DNA of 64,000 nt from a virus (IMGVR_UViG_3300017565_000001:360530-424529), one strand, 5' to 3'; positions 20,099 to 30,135 are shown, numbered from the stretch's first letter. A program made the numbers and translations. Notes: generated by a model from the letters alone, not told the origin.

Positions 20099-20944
20099 TT
20101 AGGAGCCTTGCCCGAAAAAATTGGCAGGGTCAAACTCAACAATGGTTTCCCAGGTCTTAGAGCATTGCGAACACGTAACCGAGTGTTTCTTATTGATACC
20201 GGCTTCGTTGATTTCCTTCAGCTTGTTTTCCAAAGCGTGTGTTTGGTTTAGATCGATGTTGTGAATGAACTCGTCAATAAACTGTCGTTCGGTAACTGTG
20301 CCACCTGGTGTGACAACTCGTTCCACGCATTCAGCGATCATCTGAACGTTCATGTCATTGAGTACCTTATAGCTTTGATTGATGAACGATTGACGTTCAT
20401 CATCAGAGACTTCAAGGTTGTCCAACAACTGAAGTTTTCTGGTTTCTTGGAACACTGTTGAACTTGCTTTGGTGCTGTTATGCAGGTTGAACGGACGCAA
20501 ATACACGTTCAACTCATCACTTAGGCGAACCAAATACTCGTCCTCCAATGGTGCAACGGTATCCAGAATACCGTTGATGTTGAATTCATAAGCGTTTTCT
20601 GCACCACAATGTGGGCATTCGCTTTCAATGGTCATCATTTCGCCGTATGTTGATGCTCTGATACCCAACAGAATAGCGTCAACGTCTGGACTTGGTAGTT
20701 GGCGTGGATCCTTGATAGCAGGGCAGCAACTCTTGATAACTTCCTCAATAGCCATACCACTCATCAGAGCATCAGGGCTTTTCATAAGTAGTTCATCTTG
20801 AGCACGCATGGCCATAATTGGCAACTCACCGGTAGCCGTTAGGTTGATGTTGCCTGCGTCTTGAAAACGACCGTTGCTTGGTAGCTTGATGTGAACACCA
20901 GGCAAACGGAAATATTTTTGTAGCGGATTAATTTGTTGGTCCAT
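20099..20944 (-). CDS. Baseplate hub assembly protein, gp26-like
   Basis: NPLQKYFR...IKLPSNG, DVDAILLGIR, CPHC and CSQC zinc motifs, ends DPANFFG. Confidence 0.85.
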   Translation of the reverse strand: MDQQINPLQKYFRLPGVHIKLPSNGRFQDAGNINLTATGELPIMAMRAQDELLMKSPDALMSGMAIEEVIKSCCPAIKDPRQLPSPDVDAILLGIRASTYGEMMTIESECPHCGAENAYEFNINGILDTVAPLEDEYLVRLSDELNVYLRPFNLHNSTKASSTVFQETRKLQLLDNLEVSDDERQSFINQSYKVLNDMNVQMIAECVERVVTPGGTVTERQFIDEFIHNIDLNQTHALENKLKEINEAGINKKHSVTCSQCSKTWETIVEFDPANFFGQGS

Positions 20945-20973
20945 AAAGTCTCACGTTAAAGACATGTGTCAAG

Positions 20974-21019
20974 TATTTAGTCAGCTGATTATCTGAGCAC
21001 TTAATTCTTTCACTAAATA
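20974..21019. promoter_or_regulatory. Divergent late promoters sharing a central 18-bp pseudo-palindrome
   Basis: TATTTAG (20974-80, minus-strand CTAAATA) - 7 bp - ATTATCT-GAGC-ACTTAAT (20988-21005) - 7 bp - CTAAATA (21013-19). Confidence 0.75.
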
Positions 21020-21043
21020 TTTGATATTCATTAGAGAATCAGT

Positions 21044-23545
21044 ATGGCTGACATTTCCCAACAAGATCTACAGAATTTGACAGATGCGATTAATCGCCTA
21101 TCTGGCGGTAACCGGATGGGCAATTCCAACCGTACTGGTTATTCGTCAAGTTCTGGTTCTGACGATAAAGCGGTATCTGGTAAGAAGAAAGAATTTGTCA
21201 AAGGAATGGACAACGTCGTAAATGCGATGTCCAAGAGCGACAAAGAATTCAACAATCTGTACAAGTCCACCAAAGACGTAGCCGGACAAACTAAAGAGTT
21301 GGCCGCCAACTTCAAGTCAATGGCTGCTTGGATTGCACTGGTTGGTACCGCTACCACTTCAGCAGTGAATGCGGTAAATGCAAGCGTTGACACATATCGA
21401 GACATGTCTAATGTGGGCCAGACGTTTACTGGTTCCATGTTGAAGATGCAGATGGCAGCGGCTGATGCAGCTCTACCACTGGCTGATTTTGCCAAGCTTA
21501 TCAAGGATAATGCTATGGCGGCCGCAGTTATTGGTACAAAGGGTTTGGGTGATATGAGCAAGGGACTTCGTGCTAGTTTGCGCGAATTTGACCTCTTGAA
21601 CCTCACTACTCAAGACTTGAATGATTATCTGTCTGAATATACCGAAACACAACGACTGTACGGTAATTTGCAGAATCTCAACCAAATGCAAGCTACCAGC
21701 TCCATGAAGGATCTAGCCATTGAGACCACGAAGCTATCTCAAATGACTGGTAAGAATCGTATGGATATCATCAAGCAAACGGCTCAGGCGTTGCGTGATG
21801 ACAGTATGATTTCCCTTCAGTTGATGAACAGTGGGCGAAATCTACAGGAATTCAACGACAGTACTCAGAAGGCGATTGCGCATTTGGCCGCCTTGCCTGG
21901 TGAAGCTGGTACCCTGATGTCCAGTATGCTGTCGCAAACCATTGGTAGGGGTTCGGCAGAATTGACTGACATGTCATCCGATCTCATCAAGGGTGGTATG
22001 TACGGCATCAACTCCATGATGAATGAGATGGCCGAAAAGGTCAAAAAGGGTGAAATGCCCGACATGGAGGAGTTCAGAGATCGCTTTGTAGCAGAAGCCA
22101 AACAGAATATGTCAGCTATCAAATGGCAGGCTGACACTGGTAATCAATACGCCAAGAAGATTGTTCAAATGGTTGGTCAGATGTCCAACTTGACTGGCAA
22201 ACAATTGGCTGATTTGACGAAGCAACAGGCTATCACCAGCACGGTGATGCGCCTGCAGGACACGTTCAACAATTTCTCAGGCTTCCTTAGAACAAAATTC
22301 TTCACTGCCGTGGAAGAAATTTTCAAGGCATTCGACAATTCTAAATTGAAACCACAGCTAGAAGCATTGGGTGCTCGCTTTGGTGAATTGATGGATCGCT
22401 TCGGAACGTTCCTCACTAAGGTATTCTCACCAGAAAACTTGTTGTCTATGGGTAACAAGTTGACATCTTTCCTGGATGGTGTTGGGACGGCATTGCCCAA
22501 ATTCCTGGAGGTGGCTGGATCATTGAGCGAAAAGTTCATAGCTGTTGTGAAACCCATGATTGAAGGATTTTCGTGGATACATGACAAATTTGGTCTTCTG
22601 GGTACTGCGGCTGCTGGTCTCGTTGCTTATTTGGGTGTAAAGGGTGTCGGTGGCTTGTTGGGTGGCTACATGGCCAAAATCAAGGGTGGCCTTTCCGAGA
22701 AATTCAACGTGGGTCACGGTATTGATAATGTCGGGATTCAAAATGGTGGTTTGAAGGTTTGGGTCGTTAATAACGGCAATGGTGGTTTTGATAGAGGATC
22801 ACGAGGTCGAGGAAGAAAATCTGGCCCAAGACCCAACAGACCCGGTTCCAGAAATCGTGGTGGGTCAGTCAATAGACCAGCCGGAAGAGCCGGCGGCATT
22901 GCTGGTGAAGCTGCAAACAAATCTGGTGGTTTCTTCAAGAGGGCCGCAAAAGGTGTTGGTAATATCGTCGGTAAGACTGGTGGACTTTGGGGCAAACTTC
23001 CAGGACTGGCTAAAGGTGGTGCCCTGGGTATTGGTGCTAGTTTGGCTCTAGACGCACTTCCAGATTTCGCTGGTAAGAAGGTTTTGAGCGCAGGTTCAAA
23101 CATCGCAGGTATGGCTTCTACTGGGGCCGCTATTGGTAGCATTATTCCAGGTGCTGGTACTCTGATTGGTGGTTTGGTGGGCGGTGGTCTGGGCGCTATC
23201 AAGGAAGCTTATGACAATTGGGATGACATCACCAAGACTACCAGCAGTATTTGGGACGGTGCAAAGAATATGGTTAGTGGATGGTTTGGTCCATCGGTGT
23301 CAGCCCCAATCACACCAAAAACGCCTGATATGCCAAAGCCTGATAACACGGTAATGTCGGAGCGTGAACAGCAACAAATGAAGGACATGCTCAATAAGGC
23401 AATGGAATCGAATCAGAGTGCCATGATTGAATATTTGTTGAACAAGAATACCTCTGAATCAACTCTGTTGGCCATGCAGATGATCGAAGAACTTAAGAAG
23501 ATGAACAGAACCAACAAGTCGATCGCCGACAATACGGATCAGTGA
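21044..23545 (+). CDS. Probable tape measure protein
   Basis: 833 aa, alpha-helical Ala/Met/Gln-rich with Gly-rich hydrophobic segments (GAAIGSIIPGAGTLIGGLVGG); adjacent to gp26/gp51-like chaperones. Confidence 0.65.
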   Translation: MADISQQDLQNLTDAINRLSGGNRMGNSNRTGYSSSSGSDDKAVSGKKKEFVKGMDNVVNAMSKSDKEFNNLYKSTKDVAGQTKELAANFKSMAAWIALVGTATTSAVNAVNASVDTYRDMSNVGQTFTGSMLKMQMAAADAALPLADFAKLIKDNAMAAAVIGTKGLGDMSKGLRASLREFDLLNLTTQDLNDYLSEYTETQRLYGNLQNLNQMQATSSMKDLAIETTKLSQMTGKNRMDIIKQTAQALRDDSMISLQLMNSGRNLQEFNDSTQKAIAHLAALPGEAGTLMSSMLSQTIGRGSAELTDMSSDLIKGGMYGINSMMNEMAEKVKKGEMPDMEEFRDRFVAEAKQNMSAIKWQADTGNQYAKKIVQMVGQMSNLTGKQLADLTKQQAITSTVMRLQDTFNNFSGFLRTKFFTAVEEIFKAFDNSKLKPQLEALGARFGELMDRFGTFLTKVFSPENLLSMGNKLTSFLDGVGTALPKFLEVAGSLSEKFIAVVKPMIEGFSWIHDKFGLLGTAAAGLVAYLGVKGVGGLLGGYMAKIKGGLSEKFNVGHGIDNVGIQNGGLKVWVVNNGNGGFDRGSRGRGRKSGPRPNRPGSRNRGGSVNRPAGRAGGIAGEAANKSGGFFKRAAKGVGNIVGKTGGLWGKLPGLAKGGALGIGASLALDALPDFAGKKVLSAGSNIAGMASTGAAIGSIIPGAGTLIGGLVGGGLGAIKEAYDNWDDITKTTSSIWDGAKNMVSGWFGPSVSAPITPKTPDMPKPDNTVMSEREQQQMKDMLNKAMESNQSAMIEYLLNKNTSESTLLAMQMIEELKKMNRTNKSIADNTDQ

Positions 23546-23587
23546 TTTTCTGAGAACTAAATACCAGCATAATTTTGTGAGCATTTA

Positions 23588-25360
23588 ATGTCCTGGAAAA
23601 AGCATTTTAGAGTAGTAACTGTTCCAAACGCGAACACCAGTAAGCCGAATTCGTCTTCGGGTGAGAGTTCGGCTTCGCACGGATCCGGCTCAAAGTTTTC
23701 CAGCTATCTGCCAGAAATCTACGCCGGCCATCCAAACCGCATTCAACGATACATGCAGTATGATGACATGGATCGTGACAGTGTGATCAACGCAGCTCTT
23801 GATACGATTGCTGACTTCTGTACTCAAAGCGAAGAGCACACGGATTCACAATTTGAAGTCAATTATTTGGGCGAAGCAAACGAAACAGAAGTAAAGATTC
23901 TGAAGACGACACTTCAAAAGTGGACCAGATTGAATGACTTCCGTCAACGTCTTTGGTACATCTTCCGTGGTGTTATCAAGAACGGTGATCAATTCTTCGT
24001 GCGTGATCCTGAAACCAAGGAATGGTTGTGGATTGATCATTACAACGTTGACTTGGTGAAGGTTGACGAGGCCAAAGGCCGTGAACCTGTTGAATATGTG
24101 GTCCGTAATCTGGACTACAACAAGCAAGCAAAGCTTGCTACTAAGCCTGCCAACAACAGTGACTATGGCGTAAACGGAGTCAGTGCTGGCATTGCCAGAG
24201 GCCCGTTGAGCACGCCAGGTGCTGGTGCGGGAACCAGCTTCAACCTGGCCGGTAGTGATGCGTCAGTGCCTCATGGTAATCAACCCACTAACGAAGTATC
24301 GGTTATCGACGCCAAACACGTCGTTCACCTAAGCTTGAGTGTGGGTATGGACAATAACTGGCCCTTCGGTTCTTCGATTCTGGAGTCAGTGTTCAAGGTA
24401 TTCAAGCAAAAGGAACTGTTGGAAGACGCGGTAATCATCTATCGCGTGCAACGTGCCCCAGAACGTCGAATCTTTAAGATTGACGTGGGTAATATGAATC
24501 CCGTTATGGCTAATGCTCATATCGAGCGTATCAAGAACGAGATCCATCAACGTCGCATTCCAAACAGGACTGGAGGCGGCAGTTCAGTCATGGACGCTGC
24601 CTACAATCCCTTGAGTATGTTGGAAGACTATTTCTTTGCCGTAACGCCAGAAGGCCGTGGTTCGACTATTGACACCCTTCCTGGGGGCGATGCAACGGGT
24701 GAAATTGGTGACCTGAGCTTCTTTGATAAAAAGCTCAAGGATGCTCTGCGTATCCCGTCATCGTACTTGCCTGGTGCAAACGAGCAAGGTGCCGCTTATA
24801 ACGACGGCAAGTTGGGCGCTGCCATGATTCAAGAATTCCGCTTTAACAAATACTGCATGAGGCTGCAAAGCTTGCTGTCCCCAGTATTTGACCGAGAATT
24901 CAAGGCGTTCTTGAAAGAAAGTGGTATTATGATTGACGAGAGCTTGTTTGAGCTGAACTTCAATCCGCCACAAAACTTCGCCAAATATCGCCAAGTGGAT
25001 CTGGACTCTGCGCAAATGGGCGTTTACAGCCAGATCGCAGACAACAAGCGTTTGAGTGAGCGTTTCAAGCTGAAGCGCTTCTTGAACCTTACTGAAGAAG
25101 AACTGTTGGAAAACGAACGCTTGTGGGCTGAAGAAAACCCCAGCAAGATGAAGGCCGCAACTGGTGCCACAGAAATGGGTCCTGGTGGTGGTGACGGTCT
25201 CTCGAGTGTTGGTGTTCGTTCTGGTGGTGACGACTTCGGTGACTTTGCTGATGATGGTGATGCAACGGAAGAAATTGGTGGTGATGAGGGTGACGGTGGT
25301 ACAGACACTGAAGCCACGGTTGATGCAGTTGACACCACGCCTGACGATACGGAGACATGA
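23588..25360 (+). CDS. Portal vertex protein, gp20-like
   Basis: LLEDAVIIYRVQRAPERRIFKIDVGNM, SMLEDYFF...GRGSTIDTLPGG; CTAAATA promoter at 23557-63. Confidence 0.95.
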   Translation: MSWKKHFRVVTVPNANTSKPNSSSGESSASHGSGSKFSSYLPEIYAGHPNRIQRYMQYDDMDRDSVINAALDTIADFCTQSEEHTDSQFEVNYLGEANETEVKILKTTLQKWTRLNDFRQRLWYIFRGVIKNGDQFFVRDPETKEWLWIDHYNVDLVKVDEAKGREPVEYVVRNLDYNKQAKLATKPANNSDYGVNGVSAGIARGPLSTPGAGAGTSFNLAGSDASVPHGNQPTNEVSVIDAKHVVHLSLSVGMDNNWPFGSSILESVFKVFKQKELLEDAVIIYRVQRAPERRIFKIDVGNMNPVMANAHIERIKNEIHQRRIPNRTGGGSSVMDAAYNPLSMLEDYFFAVTPEGRGSTIDTLPGGDATGEIGDLSFFDKKLKDALRIPSSYLPGANEQGAAYNDGKLGAAMIQEFRFNKYCMRLQSLLSPVFDREFKAFLKESGIMIDESLFELNFNPPQNFAKYRQVDLDSAQMGVYSQIADNKRLSERFKLKRFLNLTEEELLENERLWAEENPSKMKAATGATEMGPGGGDGLSSVGVRSGGDDFGDFADDGDATEEIGGDEGDGGTDTEATVDAVDTTPDDTET

Positions 25361-25593
25361 TGAGACTGAATGAATTTGAATCACCAATGCCTAAGGGCAT
25401 GTATGACCCCAGAGAAGACGCAGTATCTATGGCACATCTGGATGACACCAGAAAGCCACGTCTGACTCTCAGGGACTTGAATCGCCTAAAGAAACTCAGG
25501 GCTTTCCGAAAGCTCCAGGACTTGAAACGAAGAGACTCACTTTCCACTATCTACGGACAGGGCGAAGGTGACGATGACGGTGGCGACTTCTAA
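25357..25593 (+). CDS. Small prohead core-like protein
   Basis: 78 aa coupled to portal; DDTRKPRLTLRDLNRLKK; starts MRLNEFE. Confidence 0.7.
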   Translation: MMRLNEFESPMPKGMYDPREDAVSMAHLDDTRKPRLTLRDLNRLKKLRAFRKLQDLKRRDSLSTIYGQGEGDDDGGDF

Positions 25594-25615
25594 ACCGTAA
25601 AGGGTCTTATTTAAT

Positions 25616-25641
25616 AGAAAACGCGGAATTCCGCGTTTTCT
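25616..25641 (+). terminator. Intrinsic terminator-like hairpin
   Basis: AGAAAACGCGG-AATT-CCGCGTTTTCT perfect inverted repeat. Confidence 0.7.
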
Positions 25642-25704
25642 TCGTGCCATTTTTAAATACAAAGTAAATAGAGCGAACATCTGTTTGTTCTAGGGAGAAA
25701 TTAA

Positions 25705-26973
25705 ATGCGTTCAATTTTGGAAAAAGCTCTGGTAGCTCTTATCAACGAGGATAAGGAGACGGCCGATAAGCTTTTCCATGACTTCGTTCTTGAGCGTTCA
25801 CGCCAGATTCACGAATCTATTCGTCAGGGCGAGGACTTTGTTCTTGATGAGGGTCTGGAAGACAGTATCGCCGTAGAAGATATGTTTAGTACGCCAAGCC
25901 AAATTGGTGAAATGAAGGGTCCTTATGGTGACGATGACGATCCTGAGGATTACGTTGAAGACGACAACGAACTCGACGAAGACGAGTTCCAGGAACCCAA
26001 TAAGGCTGAACTTATTGATATGGGTTACGAGGTAAGCAAGCTGTCGCCACACATGCTAAACAACCACGAATACGAGCGTGGCGGCCAATGGTGGGAAGTC
26101 ACCAAGTTCAACCAAAACGGTGATGCCGTAACGGTTGCTCGAGTACCAGGTGTTGAAATCGATGCTTGGGATGCTGCACAAGAGCACGCCAACGGCGGTG
26201 GTAGCATGGTTGAAGGCAAGTCATACAAGCGCAACCGCGATGACGACGCCGATGAAAAGAAGAAGCAGGACAAGGACCAATCCAAGGCCCGCCAGCAAAA
26301 GCGCGAACCCGTCGAAGAAGGCAAGACTTTCAAGCACGATGACGAAGATGGCGATGCTAAGGACAAGAAGAAGGCTGATCAAAAGAAGCGCGACGAGAAG
26401 AAGTCGAAGCGTGAACCTGTTGAAGAAGGCCAACTGACCGCCACTCAAGGTGACGACGGCGTCCTGACTATTGTTCACGAACCAGAAGGTGCTGCTGTTC
26501 CTATGGCCGCCCCTGTAGTGGAACCCGTTGTTGGTGGCGAAATGGCACCAGAAACGGATATGGATATGGACTTGGATCCAGGCGTTGACGAATTTGATTC
26601 GGTTTCCGATGACGAATTCTCAGCTCTGGGTGAGTCTCTGGTTTCTGAACTGGAAAAGATCATCGTCACCAACAAGGATGGCGAAGAAGCTGGTAATGGT
26701 AAGGCAGTGAAGCAAGAACGTCATAGCCCAACACCTAACCGTAACGCTGATGATCGTGTCGACCATGCCGCCCCCGTGGAAGTAAAGGGTGACGAGCACA
26801 ATGGTTTCGATCGTGAAACTTCCCCATCGGTTGAAGGTTCGAAGGTTCGCCAGAACGCTTTCAAGCAGGGTAAGGACTCGTTGGATGCAGTAAAGGATGG
26901 TGGTGACACCAAGGCTTTGCTGAATCAACTGGGTGACGACAAATCGGCCAAGAGCCCAATCGCTGGTAAGTAA
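25705..26973 (+). CDS. Acidic prohead core/internal head protein, paralogue A
   Basis: 422 aa; GTAAATA promoter and AGGGAG RBS; between portal and protease; N-terminus nearly identical to the next gene. Confidence 0.75.
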   Translation: MRSILEKALVALINEDKETADKLFHDFVLERSRQIHESIRQGEDFVLDEGLEDSIAVEDMFSTPSQIGEMKGPYGDDDDPEDYVEDDNELDEDEFQEPNKAELIDMGYEVSKLSPHMLNNHEYERGGQWWEVTKFNQNGDAVTVARVPGVEIDAWDAAQEHANGGGSMVEGKSYKRNRDDDADEKKKQDKDQSKARQQKREPVEEGKTFKHDDEDGDAKDKKKADQKKRDEKKSKREPVEEGQLTATQGDDGVLTIVHEPEGAAVPMAAPVVEPVVGGEMAPETDMDMDLDPGVDEFDSVSDDEFSALGESLVSELEKIIVTNKDGEEAGNGKAVKQERHSPTPNRNADDRVDHAAPVEVKGDEHNGFDRETSPSVEGSKVRQNAFKQGKDSLDAVKDGGDTKALLNQLGDDKSAKSPIAGK

Positions 26974-26980
26974 TGTGAAT

Positions 26981-27004
26981 TTGGCGGAGCAAATGCTCCG
27001 CCAA
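26981..27004 (+). terminator. Terminator-like hairpin
   Basis: TTGGCGGAGC-AAAT-GCTCCGCCAA followed by TCTT. Confidence 0.65.
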
Positions 27005-27149
27005 TCTTCGTGCCAGCCATTTGTTAAATAAAGACAGTTATTTGCTGAAACTGATGATTATTCATCGCTATTTTCGGCGAGTAAAAAGTAGGTAGTAAAT
27101 AACAATGAACATTCGCCAGCGTTTGTTCATAAGAAATAGGGAGACTAAT

Positions 27150-28088
27150 ATGCGTTCAATTTTGGAAAAAGCACTGGTTGCTCTTATCAACGAAGATAAG
27201 GACCAGGCTGATGCTTTGTTCCACGAATTCGTTCTCGAACGTTCTCGCCAGATTCATGAATCACTGCGTCAAGGCGAAGATATGATTTTGGACGAAAACT
27301 GGGAACAATCTCTCGCCATCGACGAAATGTTTTCGGAAGCTGATCTGTTGGAAGCTGACGAAGACGAAGGTGATGACGAAGTTGTCGGCGCTGAAGGCGA
27401 CGACACTGTGGAAGGCGACGATGAAGCTGAAGGCGATCAAGCCGATGCTGATGAAGAAGCCGAAGATGAAGAAGATGAGGAAGGTGAAGACGAAGGTGAT
27501 GAGCCTATCGAAGATCGCGTTTCCGACCTGGAAGCCCAACTGGCTGAACTGACTGCTGAATTCGACGCTCTGATGGGCGATGAAGAAGTCGTTGGTGACG
27601 AAGTTATGGTCCCAGAACTCGGTGATGACGAAGTCGAAGAAGGCGAACTGGATATCACGCAAAGTGATAACGGTGACATGACCATCACGCACCACCCCGA
27701 TGATGTAGCTGCCATGGATGACGAGCAATTCGAATCCCTGGGTGAGTCGATCGTCGATGAACTCGAAGACGTTTCAGTTAAGCACGCTGAAGGTATGACG
27801 ACTGACGGCAAGCTGCCAGTTGACACCAAGGGCCGTGCATTGAGCAACAAGCACGAAGACCGTCTTGCTGGCGAGCCAGTTGAGATCAAGTCGAGCCAAC
27901 ACAACGGCTACGAGCGTGAAGCTGCTCCTAAGAACGACACAATGAAACCACGTCGCAACACTGTCAAGAAGTCGACTGATGGTCAATCCAAGGTATCCAA
28001 GGAAGGCGACAAATCCGCCGTTCTAAATACTGGTAAGGAAGACACGTCTGCTTTGAAGGGCTTGTTTGACAAGAAATTGGCGAAGTAA
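27150..28088 (+). CDS. Acidic prohead core/internal head protein, paralogue B
   Basis: Start moved to ATG 27150 (AGGGAG RBS; MRSILEKALVALINEDK matches paralogue A). Confidence 0.75.
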   Translation: MRSILEKALVALINEDKDQADALFHEFVLERSRQIHESLRQGEDMILDENWEQSLAIDEMFSEADLLEADEDEGDDEVVGAEGDDTVEGDDEAEGDQADADEEAEDEEDEEGEDEGDEPIEDRVSDLEAQLAELTAEFDALMGDEEVVGDEVMVPELGDDEVEEGELDITQSDNGDMTITHHPDDVAAMDDEQFESLGESIVDELEDVSVKHAEGMTTDGKLPVDTKGRALSNKHEDRLAGEPVEIKSSQHNGYEREAAPKNDTMKPRRNTVKKSTDGQSKVSKEGDKSAVLNTGKEDTSALKGLFDKKLAK

Positions 28089-28091
28089 ATC

Positions 28092-28727
28092 ATGAAGAAT
28101 TTTCTAACAGAACGACTGACGTTTGACCAAGCTGGACTGAAGGTCGAAATCTCGGAAGCTGCTGACGCAACGACCGGTATCCGCCCCCTGTTCATGAATG
28201 GTATTTTCGTTCAAGGTGGCGTCCGCAACCTGAACGAACGCGTCTATCCCGTATCGGAAATCCGTCGCGCTGTGGAAAATGTTAATGAGATTCTGGGTCG
28301 CGGAGAGAGTGTTCTGGGTGAAGCTGATCACCCAGAAGAACTCAACATCAACCTGGATCGAGTTAGCCACATGATTACGCAGATGTGGATGGATGGTCCT
28401 AACGGGATGGGGAAATTGAAGATCCTACCCACCCCAATGGGCAACATCGTAAGAACACTGCTGGAAAGCGGTGTGAAGCTGGGTGTTTCCAGCCGTGGTA
28501 GCGGCAACGTTACTGATGGTGGTGAAGTATCCGACTTCCAGATCGTGACGGTTGACATCGTTGCGCGTCCGAGCGCTCCTAACGCCTATCCGCAGGCAGT
28601 TTATGAAGCTCGCAACGCAAGACGTGGCGCAATCATCGAAGACCTGGCTCAAGCTGTACAGCATGACGCCAAGGCCCAACAACACCTGAAGAAGGAATTG
28701 TTGGACTGGATCAATAAATTGAAATAA
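28092..28727 (+). CDS. Prohead protease, gp21-like
   Basis: GIFVQGGVRNLNERVYP, GEADHP, GVSSRGSG, DIVARPSAPNA motifs. Confidence 0.95.
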   Translation: MKNFLTERLTFDQAGLKVEISEAADATTGIRPLFMNGIFVQGGVRNLNERVYPVSEIRRAVENVNEILGRGESVLGEADHPEELNINLDRVSHMITQMWMDGPNGMGKLKILPTPMGNIVRTLLESGVKLGVSSRGSGNVTDGGEVSDFQIVTVDIVARPSAPNAYPQAVYEARNARRGAIIEDLAQAVQHDAKAQQHLKKELLDWINKLK

Positions 28728-28737
28728 GGGGTGGTCC

Positions 28738-30135
28738 ATGGATAACATCGTAAAGAAATTGTTTGAAGCTGGATTGCTCAGTGAAGACGACCAAAAGTCT
28801 CTTCAAGAATCTTTTGACGCTCGTATTGCTGAAGCTAAGGCCGACGCAGAAAGCCAAGTCCGTTCGGAAATGGCTGCACGTTACGAGCAAGACAAGAGTT
28901 CCTTGGTAGAAGCTATGGAACACGCTTTCACTGACGTAGTTCAGAAACACGAAGCCGACAAGGCTGCTGAAGTTGCAAAGCTTCAAGAAGCCCGTGCTGC
29001 TTTCGAATCCGCTAAGGCTGGTTTGCAAGCTCAGTACAAGGCAAAAATCAAGGAACGCACCCAGGTTTTGGAATCTTTCGTGCTGAACAAGTTGAGCTCC
29101 GAGCTCGGCGAATTCATGCAAGACAAGAATGCCGTTTCGGAAATGCGCGTCAAGTACGCAGCCGCTCTGGCTGAATGCAAGACCGCATACAAGGCTCGCA
29201 TGTCTGAAAACATGCAGCTGATGCGTAAGTTTGTGCTTGAAAAGCTGGAAGGCGAACTGGCAACCCTGCGTGAGCAGCAAGCCGCGTTTGTTCAGCAAAA
29301 GGCCGAAGTCGTCAAGGAAGCTGCTGACGTCAAGGCTGCCCTGCAAGCTCAATATGCTGACCGCATCGCAAAGATGGACAAGTTTGTTGTGTCCAAGGTT
29401 GCTGCCGAACTGCGTGAATTCCAAGAAGACAAGCGTGCCCTCGTTGAAAAGAAGGTTCAACTGGTTGCTGAATCCCGTGAAAAGCTCGCTGAAACCCAGC
29501 GTACTTTCATCAAGGAAGCTGCAAAGTTGGTTGACCAGAAAGTCACCGAGTCACTCAAGACTGAGCTGTCTCAGTTGCACGAAGACCTGGAAGCGAATCG
29601 TCAGAACATGTTTGGTCGCCGTATTTTCGAAGCGGTTGCCAGCGAGTTCATGTCGAGCTACTTTGCAGAAGGTACGGAGTTGAAGAAGCTAGAGAAGGTT
29701 ATGGAAGCTCAAGCTGCTGAACTCGCCAATGCTAAGAAGCTGTTGCAAGAATCCAAACTTCAAATCGACGTAGCTTCGCGTAAGGCAAAGCTGGCCGAAG
29801 AGAAGGCAAGCCGTACACAAGTCATGGGTGAGCTGTTGTCGCCACTGGCTCGTGATAAGCGCGCCGTAATGCAGGAATTGCTGGAATCAGTCAAAACCGC
29901 AGGACTTCGTGACGCTTTCAATAAATATCTTCCAGCAGTCCTCAGTGAGGCCAGCAAGAAGAACGTTCAACAATCACGCCAAACTTTGAGTGAAGCGCCT
30001 GTTGAGAAGAAGAGCACTGTAGCTATTACTGGCGACCAGCGCATTAACCGACTGACCGAATCGGTCAAGGCTGAAGGTTCAGAAGCCGTGTCAGAGATGA
30101 CCGCAGAAATTCTGAAACTAGCCGGTATCAAGTAA
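28738..30135 (+). CDS. Prohead scaffold protein, gp22-like
   Basis: Long coiled coil between protease and capsid; FGRRIFEA; ends ILKLAGIK. Confidence 0.85.
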   Translation: MDNIVKKLFEAGLLSEDDQKSLQESFDARIAEAKADAESQVRSEMAARYEQDKSSLVEAMEHAFTDVVQKHEADKAAEVAKLQEARAAFESAKAGLQAQYKAKIKERTQVLESFVLNKLSSELGEFMQDKNAVSEMRVKYAAALAECKTAYKARMSENMQLMRKFVLEKLEGELATLREQQAAFVQQKAEVVKEAADVKAALQAQYADRIAKMDKFVVSKVAAELREFQEDKRALVEKKVQLVAESREKLAETQRTFIKEAAKLVDQKVTESLKTELSQLHEDLEANRQNMFGRRIFEAVASEFMSSYFAEGTELKKLEKVMEAQAAELANAKKLLQESKLQIDVASRKAKLAEEKASRTQVMGELLSPLARDKRAVMQELLESVKTAGLRDAFNKYLPAVLSEASKKNVQQSRQTLSEAPVEKKSTVAITGDQRINRLTESVKAEGSEAVSEMTAEILKLAGIK

